Below, piece after piece: positions 38,523 through 48,769 of a stretch of 64,000 nucleotides of DNA. The notes under the pieces were generated by a model, which was not told the origin of the DNA, ran no database searches, and saw only the letters and a list, made by a program, of their open reading frames with translations. The stretch is taken from positions 1,184,001 through 1,248,000 of the forward strand of contig CAXXVS010000003.1 in the NCBI GenBank assembly GCA_963674755.2, read 5' to 3'. Origin of the DNA: Desulfobacterales bacterium (GTDB lineage: Bacteria; Desulfobacterota; Desulfobacteria; Desulfobacterales; UBA5852). The translations under genes were made by a program, and so were the position numbers. Positions within the stretch are counted from its first letter, which is position 1, and each line of letters opens with the position of its first letter.

Positions 38523-41500
38523 TCAGCCAGAGACATGGTCGACCGGCGGCTTGACCCGGAAAAAGACACTGTAGAGAGCTGGAACAAAGTTGAGCGTAAA
38601 CATGCTGCCGATACCCAGGCCGAAGAACATGATGCACGCCATCCCATAGAAGAGGGGGTCGTGATTGATGATCAACGGCGTGAACCCCAGCATGGTGGTT
38701 GAAACCGAAAGCAGGATGGGCCTGAATCGGCTGACCGCCGAATTGACCACCGCATCGTAGGGCGTCTGCCCCTCGCGCCGGTTTTCCTCGATTTTATCGA
38801 TCATCACGATACCGTTGTTCACGATGGATCCGGCCAGGGCCAACAGCCCGAGGATGACCATAAACCCGAAATCGGCCTGCATCACCAACAGGCCCACTAC
38901 GGACCCCACGACGACCAGGGGCATGGTCAGGATGATGATGGCGGCCCTACGGATGGAGTTGAACTGCCATACCAGCAGGAAGATAATGCCGCCAAAGCAT
39001 GGCAGCAGCCATTTGGCGAGGTTCTTCTGGGCCTTGGCGGAGTCTTCCAATTCGCCGCCCACCTCCCACTTGTAATTTTTGGGGAACGTCATCCCGGCCA
39101 GGGTAGGTTGCAGGGCGGCAAAGATCTCGGAGGCCTTCAATACCTGGTTTTTGGCGCTGACGGTGATGGTGCGCTCCTGATTGTAGCGCACGATCCGGTT
39201 CAGCTCGCCTACGACATACACATTCGTCACCTGGCTGAGCGGCACGCTGCCTCCGTTTGACGAACGGATGCCGAGCGTGCGCAGGCTTTCGGGAGAATCC
39301 CTTTCCGCCTTGACGCCGCGCCCGACGATGGGGATTTGAACATTGCCTGTGTGGTACGTGGTCGCCGTCACGCCGTCCACAAAGAAATCCAGGGTATCGG
39401 CCACATCCTTCGATGTCACCCCGGCACGCAGGGCGCGGGTCTGATCGACATCCGCCTTGACCGCAATCACCCGGTTGTTCCAATCCTGCTTGATGTCCAT
39501 GGTGCCGGGGATGTTGCGCAGCCCGGCCATCAACTGCGCGGCCTGCTCCTCCAGCACGGCGGTATCGGGACCGCTCAGCCGGATTTCCATCAGGCCGGTT
39601 TCGCTGCCGCCCAGCCACATGGGTTTAACCCGGCCGCGGACGTTGGGGAAATGATCGTTCAGGTATTCGCTGGTGCGTTGGACGAGTTCGGGCACCTCTT
39701 TGTTGGTCTGGGTGTTGACGATCAAAAACCCGACGAAGGGATCCGGGTCCAACGGCGACAGGGAGAGGAAGAAGCGCGGCCCGCCGTTGCCCACATAGGC
39801 GATCGTACTGGTGATTTCGGGGTTGGCCTGCTTGTCCTGCAGCCAGGCGCTGACTTCTCTTACGGTCCGGTCGGTTTCCGCGATGGCCGTGCCGGCCGGC
39901 AGGTCGAGATAGATCAAATACTGGTTGCGGTCCCCGCTCGGGAAAAAGGCCTGGGGGATAAACGTGGCCGCATACAATGCGGCCGCAAACGCGCCCCCCG
40001 CAAGGGCCAGCACCAGCACCCGATTGCGCAGGGAAAAATGCAGGACCTTGCGGTAGATCCCATAGAATTTCCCTTGGTAGGGATCGCGCGCCTGTTTCTG
40101 ATCACCGCGGCCGGCCGGTTCGGTCTTTAAAAACCAGTAGCACATGCTGGTGGAGGAGAACATGGAGAGGAACCAGGACCCCATGAGCAGAATGATCATC
40201 ACCGACCCCAGCGAGGAGGTGTAATCCCCGGTGGAACCGATTTGCAGCAGAATCGGTCCGAAGGCGAACACCGTCGTCAGCGTGCTGGTGAGCAGCGGGA
40301 CGGAAAGGGAGCTGCCGGTCTTCAAAACGGCCTCCCTGCGCGCCAGACCCCTTTCCATATTGACTTTAATATCGTCGGAGACCACGATGGCGTTGTCCAC
40401 GAACATCCCCAGGGCAATGATCATCGTGGCCAGCGACATGCGCTCCAGATCGATGCCCAGCGCCTGCATCGCCACGAGACCGAAAAGCATGACCAGGGGG
40501 ATGAACGAGCCGACGATCAATCCGGTTCTAAGCCCCAGCAGCAGCATGACCACCACCAGGACGATGGCCACGCTTTCGATCACGTTGATCACCATGCCGT
40601 TGACGGCCTTGTTGATGAGTTCCGGCTGGTAGGTCGCGAATTCGAGCACATAGCCCCACGGCAGGGACTGCTCCAACGCATGCACTTCCTTCTGCAGCCG
40701 CTCGCCGAACGCCACGGCATCGACCCCCCGGAGGATAAAGACGCTCAGGACGATGGCCTGGTGCCCATTGTAGTAGGCCGGATTGTTGATGGGCTCCACG
40801 TAAGCTTTGCGGACGGTGGCGATATCCCTCAGCGGAATCGAGGCCCGGGTGCCGGAAATCGGGATCAGAACCTCTTCGATCTCCTCGATGGACGTGAACC
40901 GGCCTTCGGTTTCCACGATCAATTCCACATCGTCGATGTCGATCCGGCCGCCGGGCAAAAGGATGTTCTGGGCCCGCAAACTTTTCCCGATATCGGCGGG
41001 ATCGATTCCCAGCTGCGCCATCTTGGCGTTGGACACCTCGAGATAGATGCGCTCGTCCTGCACGCCGGTCAGATCGACCTTCTGGATGCCCTTCAGCAGG
41101 TTGAGGCGCTCTCTGATCTGCCGGGCGGTTTCTTGCATTTCCGCCATGCTGAAGCCATCGCTCCACAGGGCGATGGTGGCCACCGACGTATCGCCGAAGG
41201 TATCGTTGACCATCGGTCCGACAGTGCCTTCCGGCAGTTCGGGTTTGACATCGTTCATCCGGTTGCGCAGCAGTTTCCATGTCGCCGGGAGCTGTTCGGC
41301 GGGCACTTCATCCTTGATGGTCACATGGATCAGGCATTCGCCGACCTTGGAGGTGGAATTCCTGATCTTGTCCACTTCGCCCATGCTCCGGATCTGCTCT
41401 TCGATGGGCCGGGTGATCAGGCGTTCCACCTGTTCCACGGGCATGCCCGGATTTTTTGCAACCACCACTGCCTCGCGGATCGTAATGAAGGGGTCCTCCA

Positions 41501-41606
41501 GTTTCGGGAGGTTTATAAATGCATACACGCCTCCCACGACGAGCAGCACCATCGACATGATGACGGTTCGCGAGTTGTTCAGAGCAAATGCGGTGATTCC
41601 CTTCAT
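38523..41606 (-). CDS. RND efflux permease (AcrB/AcrD/AcrF family)
   Basis: 1027 aa, two large periplasmic loops, GMFVDNAIVV, RFRPILL. Confidence 0.93.
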   Translation of the reverse strand: MKGITAFALNNSRTVIMSMVLLVVGGVYAFINLPKLEDPFITIREAVVVAKNPGMPVEQVERLITRPIEEQIRSMGEVDKIRNSTSKVGECLIHVTIKDEVPAEQLPATWKLLRNRMNDVKPELPEGTVGPMVNDTFGDTSVATIALWSDGFSMAEMQETARQIRERLNLLKGIQKVDLTGVQDERIYLEVSNAKMAQLGIDPADIGKSLRAQNILLPGGRIDIDDVELIVETEGRFTSIEEIEEVLIPISGTRASIPLRDIATVRKAYVEPINNPAYYNGHQAIVLSVFILRGVDAVAFGERLQKEVHALEQSLPWGYVLEFATYQPELINKAVNGMVINVIESVAIVLVVVMLLLGLRTGLIVGSFIPLVMLFGLVAMQALGIDLERMSLATMIIALGMFVDNAIVVSDDIKVNMERGLARREAVLKTGSSLSVPLLTSTLTTVFAFGPILLQIGSTGDYTSSLGSVMIILLMGSWFLSMFSSTSMCYWFLKTEPAGRGDQKQARDPYQGKFYGIYRKVLHFSLRNRVLVLALAGGAFAAALYAATFIPQAFFPSGDRNQYLIYLDLPAGTAIAETDRTVREVSAWLQDKQANPEITSTIAYVGNGGPRFFLSLSPLDPDPFVGFLIVNTQTNKEVPELVQRTSEYLNDHFPNVRGRVKPMWLGGSETGLMEIRLSGPDTAVLEEQAAQLMAGLRNIPGTMDIKQDWNNRVIAVKADVDQTRALRAGVTSKDVADTLDFFVDGVTATTYHTGNVQIPIVGRGVKAERDSPESLRTLGIRSSNGGSVPLSQVTNVYVVGELNRIVRYNQERTITVSAKNQVLKASEIFAALQPTLAGMTFPKNYKWEVGGELEDSAKAQKNLAKWLLPCFGGIIFLLVWQFNSIRRAAIIILTMPLVVVGSVVGLLVMQADFGFMVILGLLALAGSIVNNGIVMIDKIEENRREGQTPYDAVVNSAVSRFRPILLSVSTTMLGFTPLIINHDPLFYGMACIMFFGLGIGSMFTLNFVPALYSVFFRVKPPVDHVSG

Positions 41607-41750
41607 AATGGCTTCCTTCAGTTCCGCAGGGTAATGATGATCGGGCCGAGACCGCCGGAATACGTGGTGTCGGAATCGCCAACACCTTTGAATGTGGGCG
41701 GTTGGAGGGGGCCCAAGGGTGCCGACGGGCGGATGAATCCCAGCGACCCT

Positions 41751-42839
41751 TTACGGCTGCAGCAGTTTGACTTTCATTCCATCGGCCAGAAAACTCACAC
41801 CGGCCACGGCAATGATGTTTCCCGGTTCAAGACCTTCGGTTGCAACGGCATTTTTTCCCTGCAGGCTGCCGAAGCGGACCCTCGTCTTTTTGACCGTGGA
41901 TGTCTGGGGGTCATAAACGAAGGCGTACCCCTGGTTCGCTTCCGCGGCGGGCAAAATGGCCTGGAGGGGCAGCGTGTATCCGGGGGGCTGTTTTTTGCCG
42001 GCTATCGTCAGCGTTGCTTCAGCGGTCATGCCGGGCTTGATTTTGGCATTCGGCTCCAGCAGATCCACTTTGACCGGGAAGGCATTGGCCTGGACAGCAG
42101 CAGAACCGATGTAGGCGATACGTCCTTGGACGGACGTGTCCGGCAGTGTGGGGAAGGCGATCGTCGTCGCGTCATCGATGTTAATCTGGTCGATGGTGGT
42201 CTCCGGGACCGCCAACTGGACTTCCATCTTCCCCGAGGCATTGATTTCGAAGATCTTCTGCCCGGTCTGCACCTCCTCGTTCGGCTGCACCGAGCGCCAG
42301 GCGATGGTGCCGTCGTAAGGCGAGAGCAGTTTCGTTTTGCGCAGATTGCGCTCGGCCTGCGCCAGTCGGGCCACCTGATAATCGACCGCACTCTTGGCCG
42401 CTTTGTAATTGTATTCGGCGACATCCAAACGGCTTCTGACCCCCGCCCCCTGATCGAAAATCCGTTTTTCGCGTTCGTACTGGGACTTGGATTCATTGAC
42501 ATAGTCCCTGGCTTTTAGCAGCTCCGCCTGGATCGCACTGACATCGAGCTGATAGGGCTCCGGATCGAGCACGGCAAGGATTTGCCCTTTCGCCACGCGA
42601 TCGCCGATATCGACGGCCACCGACGCCACCTGCCCGCCGACCTGAAAACTGAGGTCGGCGGAATCGACGGCGGCGACAACCGCGGGGAATTTCCGCACCT
42701 GCGCGACCGCCTGCTCACTGACCGTCATGGTCTTGATCGCCCGGACGACATCCACAACCTCGGTTTTTTCTTTGCAGGCCGTCAGGGCGACCGACAGGCA
42801 AAGAAGCCAGACCATTCGCTTTAACGTCTTTTTGGACAT
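41751..42839 (-). CDS. RND membrane fusion lipoprotein
   Basis: Lipobox LTAC, LSFQVGGQV, GDRVAKGQ, LLSPYDG, KPGMTA; start at MSKKTL with GAGGG RBS. Confidence 0.9.
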   Translation of the reverse strand: MSKKTLKRMVWLLCLSVALTACKEKTEVVDVVRAIKTMTVSEQAVAQVRKFPAVVAAVDSADLSFQVGGQVASVAVDIGDRVAKGQILAVLDPEPYQLDVSAIQAELLKARDYVNESKSQYEREKRIFDQGAGVRSRLDVAEYNYKAAKSAVDYQVARLAQAERNLRKTKLLSPYDGTIAWRSVQPNEEVQTGQKIFEINASGKMEVQLAVPETTIDQINIDDATTIAFPTLPDTSVQGRIAYIGSAAVQANAFPVKVDLLEPNAKIKPGMTAEATLTIAGKKQPPGYTLPLQAILPAAEANQGYAFVYDPQTSTVKKTRVRFGSLQGKNAVATEGLEPGNIIAVAGVSFLADGMKVKLLQP

Positions 42840-42937
42840 CTTAACCCTCGTCTTTATAAAGCAATTGCTGTTATTGGATTCAGGGACGACCCGTCGCCGA
42901 ACAAGGCAAGTCCGGCCACCAAGCCGCCCGCGTCCGT

Positions 42938-43138
42938 TCACGACACGTAGCGCTTCAGCAAATTCTTCCATTGGGATGATTTCATAAAACCCGGCGGCCC
43001 GTTCATGACCCCCACCCGCAATGGCGGCGACAATGCGGGCGCATCTTGGGGAAACGCCTCTTCCAGGCAAGGCAAAGGAAGCCAGAACCCAGTGAGGCTG
43101 CATAGGATGAGGCGCGTTATCCTGGGTTGCGGTGGCAT
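42938..43138 (-). pseudogene. Possible internally deleted solute-binding protein (family 3) relic
   Basis: GGGAG RBS, signal-like N-terminus, LRVGVMNGPP joined directly to a C-terminus-like FMKSSQWKNLLKRYVS*. Confidence 0.4.
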
Positions 43139-43209
43139 ATGCGGAGTCTCCCAAAAGGGGGCTGTCCAGAAGACGTTACGGTGAAGGTTAATCCAATTAA
43201 TTCCATTGT

Positions 43210-43318
43210 ATTTTACGCCGCGCGTCTGATCCAAATAGCGTTTGACCCGCTCGGCCCAATACTTGAAAGCGTCCCCCGCCGATCCCCACTTCGAGCACCG
43301 TTCGGTGAGGCGGCCGTT
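43210..43318 (-). pseudogene. Possible C-terminal relic of a DUF3313-like lipoprotein
   Basis: Manual translation KWGSAGDAFKYWAERVKRYLDQTRG resembles that family's terminal helix; no start codon context. Confidence 0.3.
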
Positions 43319-43350
43319 TTAGCGTCCTGGCTACCGCGATCCCCCGGCAA

Positions 43351-43734
43351 TCACAATCCACCTCTGGCCTTTTTAATCGTACTGATGCCGGTTGAATGGG
43401 CAATCGTGTCGAATCGAATTTCGGGCGCTTCGGCCGCCATTTCGATCACCAGGAGCACCGTATGGAATTTGTCGCTCTGCAGATGGCGGTGCAGCGCTTG
43501 TTCACTCGTCCAGATTTCTTCGAGCATGAAAACACCCTTGATCAGAACATCCTGATATAGTCGGCAGCTGATACACCCCTCCTCGAATTGGGTCTGTTCG
43601 ATGATCGAGCCGAGAATCAGGCGCGCTTCCCGACGCTTTTTAAGCCCTATGTTCACCCGGATGGAAGCGTGGATGGGGATTTCAACGTCTTGGCCTTTAT
43701 CCATCACGGTCGGCACCGACGGCTTTTCAGGCAA
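43351..43734 (-). CDS. Antibiotic biosynthesis monooxygenase (ABM) domain protein
   Basis: EEGCISCRLYQD...LEEIW.SE.AL..HL.S..F; TTG start chosen from GGAGGTG RBS. Confidence 0.75.
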   Translation of the reverse strand: MPEKPSVPTVMDKGQDVEIPIHASIRVNIGLKKRREARLILGSIIEQTQFEEGCISCRLYQDVLIKGVFMLEEIWTSEQALHRHLQSDKFHTVLLVIEMAAEAPEIRFDTIAHSTGISTIKKARGGL

Positions 43735-43796
43735 GGGACTCACCTCCGGAGAGTTCGTGTTGAGCGACACAGCGGCAAGGCATATGGGCCATAGGT

Positions 43797-43812
43797 TGCG
43801 AAAACCATTCCA
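43797..43812 (-). promoter_or_regulatory. Sigma-54 promoter for the ABM-RND transcript
   Basis: Minus strand TGGAAT-GGTTT-TCGCA (GG-N10-GC). Confidence 0.6.
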
Positions 43813-43909
43813 GAAATGAAACCGAATGAAACGGCCGTCCCACTCATTGGAATCAAATGAGAATTGCGGAGGGAATCAACTTTTGAAGGGAAGATGATAA
43901 AAGGCCGGA

Positions 43910-43944
43910 TGCCGAAATATCGGCAAAATGCCGCTAATTCGGCT
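43910..43944. promoter_or_regulatory. Tandem palindromic activator sites
   Basis: TGCCGA-AATA-TCGGCA (43910-25) and TGCCGC-TAAT-TCGGCT (43929-44), about 100 bp upstream of the -24 box. Confidence 0.7.
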
Positions 43945-45504
43945 TTATCCGGTGGGGCGTTTGATACCGAGTTTTTTCATTTTGGATTGGAGGGTCGTGC
44001 GTTTCAACCCCAGAATTTCGGCTGCGCCCTGGGCGCCCGTGACCCGCCAGCCGGTTTTCTCCAGGACGCTCCGGATATGCCGGCGTTCGACATCCTCCAG
44101 TGTGCGCGCCGGTGTCCCGCCATCGGCTTTATACGTGGGCGGTTGCGGATGCAGGGTGCTCCCGCTGCTGAGGATCATGGCGTGTTCGATAATGTTTCGC
44201 AGTTCCCTGGCATTCCCCGGACAGGCGTAACGTTGCAGGGCCTCCATGTTCCGACGGGGAATGTGGTCGATGCGTTTGTTCAATTTTTTCTCGTTTTGTT
44301 TGACGAACAGCCAAATCAGGGGAGGGATGTCCTCGACGCGCTCCCTGAGCGGCGGAATCGAAATGGGAAACACATTCAGCCGGTAGAAGAGGTCGCGGCG
44401 AAATTTTCCCGCGACGACCTCCTGGTCCAGGTTGCGATTGGTGGCGGCGATGAAGCGAACATCGACCTTCAGGGATTGGGTGGACCCTAGTCGCTCAAAG
44501 CGCCCCTCCTCGACGACGCGCAGCAGTTTCGCCTGCAGGTCAGGGGGCAGTTCGCCGATCTCGTCCAGAAAAAGGGTGGACTTGTCAGCCACCTCGAAGC
44601 GGCCGGCCATGCGGGTCAGAGCCCCGGTGTAGGCGCCTTTCTCACGGCCGAAAAGTTCGCTTTCGATCAGCGTAGGAGGCAGGACGGCGCAATTGATGGT
44701 GATAAGCGGTCGCTCCTTCCGAAGGCTTAGATTGTGAATGGTGTGGGCCAGGAGTTCCTTGCCGGTGCCCGTCTCCCCCGTGAGAAGGACGGTGGCATCG
44801 GTGCGGGCCACTTGTTCCACTTGGGCGAGCACCTGCTTCATGGCCGCGCTACGACAGACAATCTCCGCGTGCCCATACTGGGGCATGATTTCATCCCGCA
44901 GGTATGTGTTCTCCTCCTCCAACAGGAGTTTCAATCGCTGGATCTCTTCCAGCCGTTCGCGAAGGGCTTGCTCCGTCTGCTTGCGGACAAGCGCGTTGGC
45001 AAAAATCTGTGCGACCAGTTCAAACTGTTGCACGACCGCCGCCGGCCAGTTCCTTTCCTTCCCCAGAACCGCAAAAGTGAGCAAGCCGACCACTTCCCCC
45101 CCGCCGACCGACAACGGAACGCCCACCATGGATTGGGTGCCATAGTGGATGAAACTCTGCCGGTCGCGGTCCGCTTCCGCCGGAAGGTCGCTCATTCCCG
45201 AAATAACGAGCGTTTCTCCTTGCAGCACTTTTCGCAATGACCAGGGCCAAAAATCCTGTATGTCCATTTTCTCAGGAGGCGTCGCGCTTTCCGGCGGCTG
45301 ATGCAAATGGGTTAGCAGCAGCGTCCCGGGTTTTCTCCTGGAGACTTGAAAAAGTGTGGAACGATCGATATGGAGGCGCTCACAGACGCGGCGTTGGGCA
45401 GCTTCAATCTCGCTATCAACCTGATCGGCAGGGAGATTGATAAAAAGGGTCGATATTTCAGCCAGCAATCTCTCGAATTCCATTGCCCGACCCTGTTTGT
45501 GCAT
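43945..45504 (-). CDS. GAF-domain sigma-54 activator (FhlA-like)
   Basis: GAF, coiled coil (EENTYLRDEI), GETGTGKE, GAYTGA, FYRLNVFPI, HTH GAAEILGLKRTTL. Confidence 0.92.
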   Translation of the reverse strand: MHKQGRAMEFERLLAEISTLFINLPADQVDSEIEAAQRRVCERLHIDRSTLFQVSRRKPGTLLLTHLHQPPESATPPEKMDIQDFWPWSLRKVLQGETLVISGMSDLPAEADRDRQSFIHYGTQSMVGVPLSVGGGEVVGLLTFAVLGKERNWPAAVVQQFELVAQIFANALVRKQTEQALRERLEEIQRLKLLLEEENTYLRDEIMPQYGHAEIVCRSAAMKQVLAQVEQVARTDATVLLTGETGTGKELLAHTIHNLSLRKERPLITINCAVLPPTLIESELFGREKGAYTGALTRMAGRFEVADKSTLFLDEIGELPPDLQAKLLRVVEEGRFERLGSTQSLKVDVRFIAATNRNLDQEVVAGKFRRDLFYRLNVFPISIPPLRERVEDIPPLIWLFVKQNEKKLNKRIDHIPRRNMEALQRYACPGNARELRNIIEHAMILSSGSTLHPQPPTYKADGGTPARTLEDVERRHIRSVLEKTGWRVTGAQGAAEILGLKRTTLQSKMKKLGIKRPTG

Positions 45505-46039
45505 GTAAGATATCTTTCAAGGTCATTCAGCCCCTCCTAATTCTAAGAAGAGCGCTAACCTTAAGTTCCGCAGCTTAAACGAGCGCCTGAAAATAACACC
45601 ACCCCGGACCGACAGCACCATCTGCTAACAAGTTGCAGGCCTCCTGCAGTGCCGCTCCGTTTTTTAAGGCACAATTTACCTAAACCGTTGATCGATATGG
45701 CCACGCCGGAAGCAAGGTGCTTTTTATCGTTTGCAAAAGATGTTCGATCGCATGGTGTGATTTGCGTTTCGGCAGGCTATCTTGACATTCTTGATTAACA
45801 TGAATTGTGGCCCATTGCGACTATCTCAATGAAATCGTCGGTGTCAAAACCTGTGATTAGGTGCCACGAAACGTAACTGCGCCAGCTACTCGGGCAAATC
45901 AATATCCTGCGTTTCCGATGAATGTTCAAATGAGGGTGCTATCGTTCTGAAGGAGCACGGGGCGGAATCCAAACCACCAACAGGGCTTCTTGAATTTTCC
46001 CTATTAAGCACCCGCGCCTGATCCGCCAGCAACGACGAA

Positions 46040-46350
46040 TTGGAACGCAAGGCGGTTCACCGCAGCCAGGGCTATGATTTCGATTGGCTCGTCGGGCGGG
46101 TTGCCGAATTGCTGGCGATGGACGTCGGGGATGTCTTAAAATTAGGGCGGTACCCGCAAACCGTCAAGGCCCGCAGCATTCTCTGGTACTGGGTCCACCG
46201 CGAGTTCGGTATCCCCACCACGGAATTGGCCCGGCGAATGAGCCTATCGCAGCCGGCAGTCAGCCATTCGGTGGCACGGGGAGAAAAGCTTGTCCGCGAA
46301 AACGGATATACTTTGTCGGTCCATTCATAATTATAGATGAATGGACGTCA
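46040..46350 (+). pseudogene. C-terminal HTH fragment of a RAYT/Y1-type transposase
   Basis: VKARSILWYWVHREFG....ELARRMSLSQPAVSHSVARGEKL; catalytic N-terminal domain absent. Confidence 0.65.
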
Positions 46351-46739
46351 AATTTCCCTGTTTGGTGTGTTTGAGATCAATTCCAGGATTTTTGCAATAT
46401 TCAATCGATTTTGGTAACGTGTGTTCGTTCCTCCTTTTTGAAGCCGGTCCCACCCCATAGCGCGCAATGCGACCCGATGGTTTTTTTTAATACATAGAAG
46501 ATGCAATCCTGCAGCCTGCGTGATTGCGCGATGTCAAAGGCTTAAAAGCGAAGAGACTTATCGCTTGGGGCGTCCTTAGAATGCTCGCAGGCTATTGTTG
46601 TCGAGCTCCGAACGGAGAATGCTCCAAATACTTTCCGTGAATTATACAGATTTTCCACATCAGCGTGTTAGTTGGCGGTTAAGGTGAGCGGTGCCTCAAA
46701 AAATAGAAACAAAAACCTAAGCATTGAGGAGATCGAACT

Positions 46740-47192
46740 ATGAAACGCTTTTTTGCTCTTTCAGTGATTCTGATGATCATCGCTGGCATTACCTCAGGCT
46801 GCGGGAAGCGATACGTTGGGACATCGGTCAATTACAGTTGGGACGGATGGTGCATGTACTATGGGGGGGAGAAACATTGCACGGTCAGCACTGGCGCTTT
46901 GATTTTCGATTTCGACATCATGGAGGGTCCAAATACCGGGGAATACATCATTGACGGCTACATAGACCCTACGCAGGGTGCAGTGAAAAGCTGGTCGAGA
47001 ATATCGGAAGGTTCAGGCACGCACTTTAGCTTGATCATTGCAAATGATGGTTTCGTCGTAGATAATCTCGGTTTTCGTCCTAAAACAGCTTATGGCAATC
47101 TTGTTGACCAGATTCCTTTCAGAATTGAATTTACGAGACCTGAAGGATTTGATGCGGTAGCATTTTCTTGGGAAATGAGGGTGCGAGGATAA
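46740..47192 (+). CDS. Hypothetical lipoprotein
   Basis: GAGGAG RBS, lipobox TSGC, lower GC than flanking core genes. Confidence 0.75.
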   Translation: MKRFFALSVILMIIAGITSGCGKRYVGTSVNYSWDGWCMYYGGEKHCTVSTGALIFDFDIMEGPNTGEYIIDGYIDPTQGAVKSWSRISEGSGTHFSLIIANDGFVVDNLGFRPKTAYGNLVDQIPFRIEFTRPEGFDAVAFSWEMRVRG

Positions 47193-47305
47193 GCGCAATG
47201 TGATCTGATGAATCATTTCCGATACAAAAGGGATGCAACCCTGCAGTCTGCGGGGACAGAAATGGGGACTCTCGGAGGTATATTCTCCAACTATTTCAAT
47301 AGATA

Positions 47306-47508
47306 ACGTTGTTGACAAAATGTGCAAAAAAATTTGGCGTTCGAGCCATTTCCATATTTTGGCATAACAGGAATCAACAATGTCCAGAGGACCTCGGCTG
47401 GACGCACCCGGAACACTTCATAACGTGACTGTTCGTGGTATCGTGTCATTGCTTCGAGCATCTCCCAAATTCTCTGCCGGGAAAGTTAGTGCAGCTTGTC
47501 AACAACGT
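47306..47508 (+). mobile_element. Miniature internally deleted RAYT/Y1 element with 13-bp inverted ends
   Basis: ACGTTGTTGACAA (47306-18) / TTGTCAACAACGT (47496-508); ATG 47380 reads MSRGPRLDAPGTLHNVTVRGI, a RAYT-like N-terminus, then breaks off. Confidence 0.7.
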
Positions 47509-47775
47509 CCCCACTAACCCCCAATTCTTCCTGCCCACCAGTCCCCACTTTTTAATATATCCTAAAGAAATCACGTGGTATGGCCGATCTTAGATGAACG
47601 GCAGATTGTTTGCCGATTAGACAGATCCTAGTCGATTTATATCGGTCACCGTTCAACTTCTATAGGGCCAAGGCCGCGTTCCATGTTTCTGAGTTTCGAT
47701 TTGGGTTCCAACTCACTCTGGCGATACCGCACACCAGAAAATGGCGAATTCTTTTTTAAGACAAGGAGGCGTCGC

Positions 47776-48288
47776 ATGACCCGATATCTTTTTGTTCTTA
47801 TTGCCGGGCTTTTCTTTTTGGGAATTTCAACGGCCGAGGCCGAAATGTACAAATGGGTGGATGAAAACGGCGTGGTCCACTTTTCCGATTCTCCGGTTCA
47901 AAACGCCGCAAAAGAAAAGGACATGGAGACTGTCGAGAGCGTTGGCAGCTCGGGCAGCCAGCCCTCCCTTTCCAATGAATGGATGGACAGGGACGCCATT
48001 TTCAACCAAGCCGGACTTGCAGCAGAAGCCTTTTTGCTGGAACATGAAAACTGGCCTGAAAAGCCGCTATTTTCTCAATTTCATACCGTGGAGGCTGGTC
48101 AGTTCATCTCGAATCTTATCCTGCAGGTTAAGCTGCCGGCCGTTATGCTGGAGGGCAAAGATTGCTACATGGCCTATCAGCGCGTAAGGGTGAAAACAGA
48201 AATAGACCCTAACGACAGGACTAAGGCCCGCATTACCGGCGTAGAGCTTGCCGGCCGCGTATTGGAGCCGCAGGACTGCCTGGAATGA
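47776..48288 (+). CDS. Exported DUF4124 domain protein
   Basis: AAGGAGG RBS, signal peptide (AEA), MYKWVDENGVVHFSDSP. Confidence 0.85.
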   Translation: MTRYLFVLIAGLFFLGISTAEAEMYKWVDENGVVHFSDSPVQNAAKEKDMETVESVGSSGSQPSLSNEWMDRDAIFNQAGLAAEAFLLEHENWPEKPLFSQFHTVEAGQFISNLILQVKLPAVMLEGKDCYMAYQRVRVKTEIDPNDRTKARITGVELAGRVLEPQDCLE

Positions 48289-48769
48289 AGCGTTTCCTTC
48301 TATTGTTTTTGATTTTTTGCCGGCCGGGGACCTTGCACCGCTGGCAACCTTCAGTTCAGCGCGCGACAGCGTCGCGCAACATCCGGACCTTATGACGGGC
48401 CCGAAAACACCCGCAGCCAAAGCACCTGCGATAGGTTTGAGACGTTAGAATGCCGCCCATTCAGGGCGGTTTAAGGGATATCGACATCCATATCTCTTTA
48501 TATGGGTCGGAATTTTATGGTAATGATATCCATACGTCATTGATTAGAAGGCACCTCAAAAGTGTCTTTTGGGGCCATCCGCCGGAGGCGGACAAGTAGT
48601 TGCGTTGGGCGATCGAATTGAATCCTCGAAATACCGGTGCATTCCTCCGGTGCAATAATCACGGCCGCCTTGCGCTGAAGCCCAAAGCTCACTTTTTCGA
48701 TACCTTATAGCATAGCCCAACTTACACCGGCTTATACACGGATACCTACTTCTATACCTGCTGCGGGGA

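Noticed and set aside
40242..42518. 758-aa plus-strand ORF
   Set aside because: Antisense shadow of the RND and MFP genes.
45550..47250. Integron cassette array around the lower-GC lipoprotein
   Set aside because: No convincing paired RYYYAAC/GTTRRRY attC sites and no integrase in the window.
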